In this document: piece by piece, positions 23,305 to 32,343 of the stretch
Layout: every line of letters starts with the position of its first letter
Numbering within the stretch: the first letter of the stretch is position 1
NCBI RefSeq assembly: GCF_001194135.2
Contig: NC_068983.1
Coordinates: 52,042,854 to 52,075,196 of the forward strand
Reading direction: 5' to 3'
DNA: 32,343 bases
DNA from: Octopus bimaculoides
Lineage: Eukaryota
Made by a program: the position numbers and the translations under genes
Notes under the pieces: generated by a model
Database searches by the model: none
Told to the model about the DNA's origin: nothing
The model's input: only the letters and a program-made list of their open reading frames with translations

Positions 23305-23337
23305 AAAACACGAGCAACGCGGGGTCCAACAGCTAGT
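23305..23337 (+). mobile_element. Possible Helitron-type 3' terminus
   Basis: acacgagcaacgcggggtccaacagCTAG|T: a degenerate GC hairpin just upstream of CTAG followed by T, as in Helitron ends. The 5' end was not found. Confidence 0.33.
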
Positions 23338-23887
23338 GTTTATATGTGTGTGTTTTTGTTTGTGTATGTGTGTTTGTGTATTTGTAAAATCAGAGTACGT
23401 CTCCGACTCTGGATGTCGCTTAGCTGCCGCTAGTTTTGGGGTGGGTTTGGTAGAATCTCACCAAGCCATAACAATACCTCTTCAATCTTTTTTCGGTTAT
23501 AAACGGTACAAACTGCAGACTGTGTAACATTGTTCAGTCTTCATTATATGCAGCTACTAATGGAAGTTCTGTGCTAAATATAGTTTGTCAGAGTCGCAAA
23601 CTAGACATATGAGTCTCTAAGATGTATTGCATGTCACAAAACTATTATTATCCACCATAATTTTAATAAATTGCATCCGCGAAAATCTAGACAGATAAAT
23701 ATGAATAACACACATATAGTTAGTCTGTATGCTTCCGTTTCCATAAAACGCTATCATTTCTATGATATATTCTATATTCGATTCCCATTTACCAAACAAA
23801 CTTGCTACTTACAGGTTAACTAATGGGATTTTGGCGTATAATCACACATTCCCGCCTAAACTCCACATGATGTGTGTGTGTATGTGA

Positions 23888-23920
<33 letters not shown>

Positions 23921-23930
23921 NNNNNNNNNN

Positions 23931-23973
<43 letters not shown>

Positions 23974-24047
23974 CTACACATTTGTAATATTATATATATA
24001 TACATATAAATATATATAAATGTATGTATATGGTGTGCATATATGTA

Positions 24048-24185
24048 GGCGCAGGAGTAGCTGTGTGCTTGCTTACCAACTACATGGTTACGCGTTCAGA
24101 CCGGCAAGTGTTTTCTACTATAGCTTCGGGCCAATGAAAGTATTCTGAGTGGATTTGGTAAACGAAAACTGAAAGAAGTCCGTCG
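24048..24185 (+). mobile_element. tRNA-headed SINE, family B, 5' part
   Basis: ggcgcaggagtagctgtgtg...ggttacgcgttcagac...gagtggatttggtaaacgaaaactgaaagaagtccgtcg matches the reverse complement of the 3' halves of 3337-3850 and 5238-5560; continues into a TA run. Confidence 0.8.
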
Positions 24186-24205
24186 TATATATATATGTAT
24201 ATATA

Positions 24206-24248
<43 letters not shown>

Positions 24249-24337
24249 TGAATATTTATGAAAGCATATATGTGCATTACTGAACATGTAAGTGTGAATG
24301 TATACGTAGTTAAAATAGAGTATGTATCGCAAAGGTT

Positions 24338-24708
24338 NNNNNNNNNNNNNNNNNNNNNNNNNNNNNNNNNNNNNNNNNNNNNNNNNNNNNNNNNNNNNNN
24401 NNNNNNNNNNNNNNNNNNNNNNNNNNNNNNNNNNNNNNNNNNNNNNNNNNNNNNNNNNNNNNNNNNNNNNNNNNNNNNNNNNNNNNNNNNNNNNNNNNNN
24501 NNNNNNNNNNNNNNNNNNNNNNNNNNNNNNNNNNNNNNNNNNNNNNNNNNNNNNNNNNNNNNNNNNNNNNNNNNNNNNNNNNNNNNNNNNNNNNNNNNNN
24601 NNNNNNNNNNNNNNNNNNNNNNNNNNNNNNNNNNNNNNNNNNNNNNNNNNNNNNNNNNNNNNNNNNNNNNNNNNNNNNNNNNNNNNNNNNNNNNNNNNNN
24701 NNNNNNNN
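24338..24708. other. Largest assembly gap (N-run)
   Basis: N bases. Other gaps lie near 5571, 8872, 10314, 12241, 22433, 23921, 26240, 28855 and 29959, mostly beside microsatellites. Confidence 1.
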
Positions 24709-25646
24709 TGTGTGTGTGTGTGTGTGTGTGTGTTTATGTATATATACGTCATCTACATAAGTAAATACGCATAATCACACATATGTATATATGCATGATT
24801 AGAAAGGTGGTGTACATAATATGCAGTCATATGTAAAAAAAAAAAAAACCAAGGCAGTAAAATTATTCAAAATCAGTTTGTTACTGTCACTTCGTTTAAC
24901 GACAGACGATATATGAAATGTAAAATTAATCCAATCCTGGTGGGAATGGAAATCATGGCGCAGAGGGAGCACACAAAACACGACACCTCTCAGCAACACT
25001 GTTCAGATGATGATCGTAATTCTGTATAGATTGTTGCAACAAAATGGAATTGTATTTTCCAGGTATTTTGTATTTATAGGTAGGCGTTTGCGAAAGTAAT
25101 TATTTAATAAGCGTCGATCAGTATTTGCATTACAAAAGAGAAACGCTAGCTCTCCATATTGCAGCCAATGCATAATTTAATAGTGGTACGGGTGTTTTTT
25201 TTCTTATTAACTTATTTTTTGGTAATCATGAAGGCATATTAAACCTGCTTACACACACCACTCTAAATATATTTATTCATGTATTGGAAAATAGCTTTAT
25301 ATCAGCCGTACTGCTGTCACTAGAAAATCATTTATAGTGCCTGGGCTAAATTGCAACCAATCGGGCATTACGCTATCTACATCAATTATAAATAGGAACG
25401 TTAATTAGTTTCTATAAATTATCTATAAATATTCAACTGCCAGCCGTCTACCATCGTTTCCTCTTTCTCATAAACTTCCTCTTCTCGATACCCTCACCCT
25501 CTCATCTTTTCTCATCAATCTGTTTCCTTGATTTCCATCGCCATATTGGCATAATCACATTATTTTCTTGTTCTACAAAAATGAGCACACACACACATAC
25601 TCACATGCTTGAAGGCGCATTGATTAGTATATATTAGTATGTATAT

Positions 25647-25687
<41 letters not shown>

Positions 25688-25690
<3 letters not shown>

Positions 25691-26071
25691 TGGCACTCCG
25701 TTGGTTACGACGACGGGGGTTCCAGCTGATTCGATCAACGGAACAGCCTGCTCGTGAATTTAACGTGCAAGTGGCTGAGCACTCCACAGACACGTGTACC
25801 TTTCAAGTAGCTCTCGGGGAGATTCAGCGTGACACAGAGTGCGACAAGGCTGGCCCTTTCAAATACAGGTACAACAGAAACAGGAAGAATGAGTAAGAGA
25901 ATGTTGTAGTGAAAGAGTACAGCAGGGTTCGCCACCACCCTCTGCCGGAGCCTCGTGGAGCTTTAGGATTTTTCGTTCAATAAACACTCACAACGCCCGG
26001 TCTCGGAATAGAAACCGCGATCCTATAACCGCTAGTACGCTGCTCTAACAACTGGGCCATTGCACCTCCAC
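25688..26071 (-). mobile_element. tRNA-headed SINE, family D
   Basis: Minus-strand head gtggaggtgcaatggcccagttgttagagcagcg...gatcgcggtttctattccgagacc (A-box/B-box-like), GC-rich body, ending in (TA)n at ~25660-25688. Confidence 0.8.
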
Positions 26072-26399
26072 ATGTATATATGTGTGTGTGTGTGTAACCA
26101 TATATTATATCAGTGTATATACATATAAGGGGCCAGTGTGGATCTTTTTTCTATGTAAATATTTATTTACCTGTATATACATATGCGTGTACGTGTCTGT
26201 GTATATATATATATACACATATATATATATATATATATANNNNNNNNNNTGTGTCTGTTTGTATGTATATATATGTAAATATCACCATTATACAAATTAG
26301 TATATATTTAGTTTAGTACACCTACCATTCTGTCTTTCCTCTACAGAGTAGTATATTATTCCTACACTACCGTCATTAACTTTTTTTAGTTCTTGCTTC

Positions 26400-26492
26400 T
26401 CCCTCTCTGATGACGGTATACACGGCTAATGGAATATTTACTTAATATCATGATCTACTTGGTTGGCTATTCTAGAAACAGTTGTAAGCATC
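26400..26492 (+). ncRNA. Hammerhead-ribozyme-like relic
   Basis: CUGAUGA at 26407-26413, GAAA at 26475-26478, wobble-palindromic stem III ACAGUUGU, and a GUA triplet at 26484-26486. Stem I has only 2 bp and stem II is poorly paired. Confidence 0.4.
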
Positions 26493-26509
26493 GCTCGTGT
26501 CATCACTTG

Positions 26510-26985
26510 GCGTGTTGCGTATGTCTGCAATATGTTCTCTAGGGTCTCTTTTGAATAACCAACTTCGACCAAAGCATCGATTCAACTTATGAAAGTTCAG
26601 CGTAGATCTTAGAAAATGTATATCTGACCTCTTCGTCAATTGTAAGGTAGACAAACATGTACACAACGCTTAACTTTTGACCATTGACGTATATCGACGG
26701 TGGGATATGGCTTGTCTGCTGTTGGTGATAACATGACTACGGTCTTCTCAAATTCGACTGTGAGTCCAAAGGCATCACAGCCGAAAGCAGTTCATTAGCA
26801 GGTACAAGTCTTTCTCAGCGTGGCTTAAGAGATGGCAGACTTAAGCATCAAAGAGACCATGAATGGCAATATTATATACCATGATACTGGAGTAATACAC
26901 CTGGCGAAAATAACGAGTAACGAGTCCATGATTACGAAACACTCATTTAGAAGGCCTGGTCATCTTGACCATTTAAAAGACAACT
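26510..26985 (-). mobile_element. RTE-clade LINE reverse-transcriptase fragment (pseudogenised)
   Basis: Minus strand with frameshifts: HAEKDLYLLMNCF-GCDAFGLTVEFEKTVVMLSPTADKPYP-IYVNGQKLSVVYMFVYL-TIDEEVRY. This matches the RTE region after YADD/FADD (LQ.LM..F..AC..FGLT....KT.VM ... L.VV..F.YLGS...ID.EV..RI). Confidence 0.85.
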
Positions 26986-26990
26986 TCTTC

Positions 26991-26993
<3 letters not shown>

Positions 26994-27052
<59 letters not shown>
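26994..27052. repeat. (TG)n microsatellite
   Basis: Uninterrupted TG run. Confidence 0.95.
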
Positions 27053-27054
<2 letters not shown>

Positions 27055-27064
27055 TTGTGCGTGA

Positions 27065-27292
27065 GTTTATGTTGGTGTCTTTGAACTTGTATCTGTGTTC
27101 GTCGCACCCATCAACCGCTTGACAACGGGTATTGATATGGTTACGTACATGCTAGTACTGTATCGTTTCGGCCTAAGAATCTGATATGATAATTACAAGG
27201 ATTATAAATACCGAATCGAGTTGTTCGACTAAATTCCTTCAAGGTGGTCATGTATCGTGGCCGTAGACGCATGTCATAATTAAAAGTAAAGG
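27065..27292 (+). mobile_element. SINE family B, 3' part (degenerate)
   Basis: accgcttgacaacggg...gttcgactaaa...aaggtggtcatgtatcgtggccgtagac...aaaagtaaag is the reverse complement of the 3337-3520 and 5238-5350 segments; follows a (TG)n run at the family's internal microsatellite position. Confidence 0.7.
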
Positions 27293-28091
27293 AGTAACAT
27301 TTTGGCCCTGCGAATATCAATGTTATATTCTACAAACTAAAAAATATATATGCATTCAGAAGTTAGAAGAAAGTGGCGTGGATATTGATGTTACAGTGCC
27401 AAGGCCCTAATCTAGATGGAATATATCAATTTTTCCATTAGACTTCGTTAAAGAACTGTTAGCATGTCGGGAAAAAAATGATTCGTAGCATTTCTTTCGC
27501 TTATTGACGTTGTGAGTTTTATTCCCACCGAAATCAACGTGGCCTTTATCTCTTTGGGTTTAATAAAATAAAAATACCAATTGAGTATTGGAATTGATGT
27601 CAACGACTTGTGTGGTTTTCCTTCAAATTTGCAGGCTTTGAACCCAGCATCGGAGATGTCTCCTGTGCAGGGACACCTGGGTGACTTCGAGTTTAGTGTG
27701 TATCTCGGTCACTTATACGCCATAGGTACCGGGGAAGCAGCCTTATAAATTATGTAGCTGAAGAGAATATACTGCGCTTATTTGATTCTTTCCTCAATCA
27801 CGATAACCAATGAACCATTATTTCCGACATTAGTCCTCAAATAGATTAATGATCTTTATCATTACTGCTATTTTATTTCAATTTCAAGTGTTGTTGTTAT
27901 TCATATTTGTCATCTTTATCAACAAATATTTAATAATTACGCAAGGCTTCCATCCTTCACAAAGCTATTAGATATCAATTGCGATTGGTGTTGATATTCA
28001 GTTCTGATCAGGTCGGTGTATATCATATTACGCAGATATATTGAATTCTGCAAAATATCATATAAAAGCACAGGCACAAACATACACACAC

Positions 28092-28127
<36 letters not shown>

Positions 28128-28357
28128 CATTAATAAATCTGTGAGTGAGATAGAAACAATAGCAGTACGACATAGTGAAGTATATTTGCCACCTAAATGT
28201 GGCTAGCCCTTAAGAGTCGATGCTACTGCAGCTTGTAGTCCCAGGAAGACATCTCCTGTAGCTACCTATTGACACACTATCTGTGCCTTATCAGTATTTC
28301 AAAGTGTAGTCATCATCGTTCCCATCTCTAGTTTTATCATGGCTACCGAATAATTGT

Positions 28358-28400
<43 letters not shown>

Positions 28401-28811
28401 ATACCTCACCCTACGTCATTAATTCATTACAGGAGACACGACTTAAGTCGAATTAACATGTCTCTAGGCTAGGCCGAATTCACTTGTCTCTAAACCGATA
28501 ATAGCCATTCCCATTTCTGTACTTTATTTTTGAAAACATTTTCATTAATACATGGTTAACAAAAAAAAAACCATGTGTGCTAAAATCTTGACCCTATTAT
28601 GTAAATTCGTCGATACAATTGTCTGACTCATCCCAAAACATCGTGCAATTGCTACAACTTTTTCACCTTTTGTCATAGTGTTTAATCATAGTCAGTTTAT
28701 CTTCCAGCCTTATAGCATGATGCTTAGTCCATTAACTATGAATTTTCTTAGGAGCCATGGAAGCAAAAACTAAAATCACAAGTGAATAAAAATGAGAAGT
28801 AGCCGATAAAT

Positions 28812-29053
28812 TTTTCTACTCTGGGCACAGGCCGGAAATTATTTTTGGCGGGGGNNNNNNNNNNNNNNNNNNNNNNNNNNNNNNNNNNNNNNNNNNNNNN
28901 NNNNNNNNNNNNNNNNNNNNNNNNNNNNNNNNNNNNNNNNNNNNNNNNNNNNNNNNNNNNNNNNNNNNNNNNNNNNNNNNNNNNNNNNNNNGATAGACAC
29001 CAGTACGCAACTGGTACTTAATTTATCGACTCCAAAAGGATGACAGGCAAAGT
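28812..29053 (-). mobile_element. SINE family A copy spanning a gap
   Basis: tttctactctgggcacaggccggaaatt...[N]...ccagtacgcaactggtacttaatttatcgactccaaaaggatgacaggcaaagt; body resembles 1960-2030 and 18830-18900. Confidence 0.7.
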
Positions 29054-29242
29054 ATATGGATTTTATTAAGATAAAAAGTGTCCCAGAAAACATATATTGA
29101 TATATCAAAAATACATAAAAAATAATTATGAAAATATAAAAAAATATATATGAACATTAAAAATATATATGGACATATAAATATATGATTATAGAAACTT
29201 GCTAACAATATAAGGAAGAATACGATTGTAGATAAAAAACAG

Positions 29243-29275
<33 letters not shown>

Positions 29276-29886
29276 ACTTAAAGCTAATGCGGGTTGAAGA
29301 AAGATACGTCATGGTCCACTATTAAAGCCTGCTAACTTCCATCCTTGTGTTATATGCTTCTTCCTCTCCTCCTCCTCCTACAACTACTACTACTAATACT
29401 ACTACCTCTCCTCTACTTCCTCTTCTTTTCATACTCTCCACATGATCATATATTATTCATCCCCTAATCACACTTCTAGTTACACTTTGTTTATTCCCGA
29501 TATAGGCAAACAAACAATGTGAGGAAGATGCACAATTTATACGCGCACCTTTGATACAAGTCTCATGAAGTACAACTCAGATATCTAAAAAAATATGTAA
29601 ATTTTCACTTCGAATATTATGTAAACTGGCGTTGCATGCTGTGTTGGTACAGAGACATTTGTAACTGATCATTAAAGATGTGTTAAAGTACTTCTTTTTC
29701 TTGTTATTTGGATTATATTTTATTTTTTGCAAAGCACACACAACAGATTTACCGATGTGAAACCAGAATTTTCTACACCTGAAGCGTTTCGATATCAGTT
29801 TGGAATCCGACGGTGTTGATAGCCCCGAATTAGGGTTGAGTGCTTCTCTAGAAATACCCTACCTTTACATCCGACCACGACTTTAT

Positions 29887-29889
29887 ATG

Positions 29890-29958
<69 letters not shown>

Positions 29959-30139
29959 NNNNNNNNNNNNNNNNNNNNNNNNNNNNNNNNNNNNNNNNNN
30001 NNNNNNNNNNNNNNNNNNNNNNNNNNNNNNNNNNNNNNNNNNNNNNNNNNNNNNNNNNNNNNNNNNNNNNNNNNNNNNNNNNNNNNNNNNNNNNNNNNNN
30101 NNNNNNNNNNNNNNNNNNNNNNNNNNNNNNNNNNNNNNN

Positions 30140-30172
<33 letters not shown>
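29887..30172. repeat. (TA)n/(TG)n microsatellite with internal gap
   Basis: TG runs on both sides of the N-run; source of six artefactual ORFs. Confidence 0.95.
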
Positions 30173-30173
<1 letters not shown>

Positions 30174-31330
30174 GCAGACAAATAAGTGAATTTCGAACGC
30201 AGTATTGGGTGGAAACAGCAGAAAGATTCGGCATTTTAACTGTATAAGAAGGGCAAAAAATTTCGAGCGTGTGAGGGGCCGCATGTAGGTGTGTTTATGC
30301 CTCTGTGTGTGCCCCAACTTAGCCACAGCTCTCAAGCTGAAACTTGAACAGATATATCATCACATGTCATTCTATTCAGATGGTTTATTGTTCTTCCAAG
30401 TACGTTGCATAATAATAGTTCTACGTCGATCATTTTCTCTTCAACAATATTCTCATACGCAATGGTTCAATGCACATCTACAGTCATAAGGACTTATTCA
30501 TGACCACATACAGAACACACACAAACACACAGACACACACACAAACACACATACTCGCATACATGTCTTACATAAATACGTACGCTGTCAAGCAACGAAT
30601 TATAAAACGCACAAATGCACGCTGTAAAATTTTAGTCAATTCCAATAGTGACACTTCGAGAATAGTTCTTGAAATTCGTAGCTATTTTGTATGAATGTTG
30701 TTATTTCATTTTCCAGCCCCACCAACACAATTCAGTTTAACCGTAATTCCATAAGTGCAATTTCTGTCAGGTTAAAGACTATTAAGTCGTTTTTCTTTCT
30801 GCAAAATCTTCTTTTGCAACGGAAATGTATAATGTGCTTCACTATAATAATGATGTAAAGAGATTAACACAGAAAGTCATTCTTGAATAACTACGAAGTT
30901 CTAAAGTATCGTAAGAAAACATTAAATAAATAAATAAATACACAAATAAATGAATAAATAAAACATCGTACGGAACAAAATTACTCTAGTATTTATGATT
31001 TTGATGCAGTTAAATTCGATAATGACGTAAGAAGAACAAAGAAAACAAATGCATATATCAATATTTGTCATATACCTCATTGTATATGCATATGTATGTA
31101 CACACACATATGTATGTATGTGTGTAGATATGCCGAGACCCAAACAGACACAATCAAAGTACACGTGTATACTATATATTTGTGGTGTGTTTACGCATAT
31201 ATGTATTGAGCTGTTGCACTAGCATAAAATGGACCTGCGTTTAATGTTATAGATTAATAGATAAATTAATAGATAGATACATACATACATACATACCTAC
31301 ATGCATACACACATGCATATATACATAGAC

Positions 31331-31511
31331 ATACATATAAGAGGGATGACCACTGAGTGGACATCCATATGCTAGAAGAAGACCACCTATGCTGTGACCA
31401 CTAAGATGAGATTGTTCTCTTGAGAACAATCTCTTCTTAGTGGTGAGACCATAGGTGGTCTTCTTCTAGCATAATGGATGTCCACCTAGTAGTCATCCCT
31501 CTTATATGTAT
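31331..31511. repeat. Long imperfect palindrome / foldback hairpin
   Basis: Arms 31331-31419 and 31422-31511 are reverse complements with 7 mismatches and one 1-nt indel by manual comparison; central TT. Confidence 0.95.
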
Positions 31512-32221
31512 ATAATATAATTTTTCTGAATCTTCAGATTTTTCAATATGCTGGACCACTGGTTTTAAATTAATACACAATTGTTCACCCTTATTATTTA
31601 AATTTACATAGATAGACAGATAGATACATACAGAGACAGACAGACAGACTGACTGATGTGTATATGTGTGCATGTGTGTATGAATGTTTGTGTGTATGAT
31701 TCTATCCACTATAAATAAACTAACACCTGTAATTGGCATTCTCATTTTGCATAAATTTCTTTGATTACCACAATGGCTGCTGCTACTTCTTCAATTTCGA
31801 AGGAACAGTGTACAGCGCCGCAATTTTTAGCATCTACTTTTATTTAATCACGCAGTGTGATAATTTTTGTGAAAATAGGTACCAATATTAATAAGAGCTG
31901 CCATTTTGGAAAAAGGTGTGAATGGAAATACCATTATTCTCACATTTCAGCCGGAAATTGAAATGAAATGGTTTGAATTGCACCAAAATTCGGAAAACAC
32001 GAATGCACGCATACACACACACACGCACGCACGAACGCACGCCAACGCACGCACACACATATATATCGATAAATAGATAGATATATTTACATTCATACAT
32101 GCATATACATATATGTACATGTGTGTGTGCGCGCGAGCGGTGTCTGAATGGAATATAAGTTCTTTAAACCTTTATGGCATTAAGAAAAGAATGCGTTAAT
32201 GTATATTTGCTTGCATGCATT

Positions 32222-32343
32222 TATATATATATATATATATATAAATAAATACATATATAAATAAATATATATATATATATTTATTTATATATGTATTTAT
32301 ATATATATATATATATATATATTTATTTATATATATATATATT
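32222..32343. repeat. AT-only low-complexity / (TA)n tract
   Basis: Almost purely A/T to the window end. Confidence 0.95.

Noticed and set aside
25560-25938. ORFs overlapping 25688-26071
   Set aside because: They fall inside a GC-rich SINE body.
27620-28330. Two GC-richer patches (27620-27760, 28185-28330), the first with a plus-strand acceptor
   Set aside because: They look like interspersed-repeat fragments, but I cannot assign a family or an exon from the sequence alone.
12-32100. Most ORFs in the six-frame track (YIYI, CVCV, THTH, LSLS or X-rich)
   Set aside because: They are translations of TA, TG/CA and AG microsatellites or of N-gaps, which lack stop codons in some frames; they are not genes.
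1-32343. CRISPR arrays, rRNA, intact tRNA genes, prokaryotic operons
   Set aside because: No repeat-spacer array or rRNA similarity is visible. The tRNA-like segments are degenerate SINE heads without full cloverleafs, and the DNA is eukaryotic in character.

Overview
A 32 kb AT-rich eukaryotic window with very dense microsatellites and about ten assembly gaps, most of them next to simple repeats. The SINE families and (TA)n/(CA)n density resemble a coleoid cephalopod such as Octopus (inference from pattern recall, not a database search). It looks like intronic or intergenic DNA. Nearly all long ORFs in the track are microsatellite artefacts (YIYI/CVCV/THTH), and no host gene can be named. 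The supportable content is mostly transposon debris: about 12 tRNA-headed SINE copies from 4 families (mostly minus strand), two mariner-derived MITEs that retain the last transposase codons, a decayed Tc1 transposase, an RTE-type reverse transcriptase fragment, and the 3' end of an R4/Dong-like restriction-like-endonuclease LINE. Most interesting: (i) a perfect 125-bp inverted repeat (5612-5736 / 6470-6594) enclosing a hammerhead-ribozyme-like motif and a candidate 74-nt exon; (ii) a second hammerhead-like relic at 26407-26486, where both motifs have the wobble-palindromic stem III typical of dimeric Penelope-type hammerheads; (iii) a ~180-nt near-perfect hairpin at 31331-31511; (iv) a weak chain of four frame-compatible minus-strand exon candidates. 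No novel protein-coding system can be supported from sequence alone.
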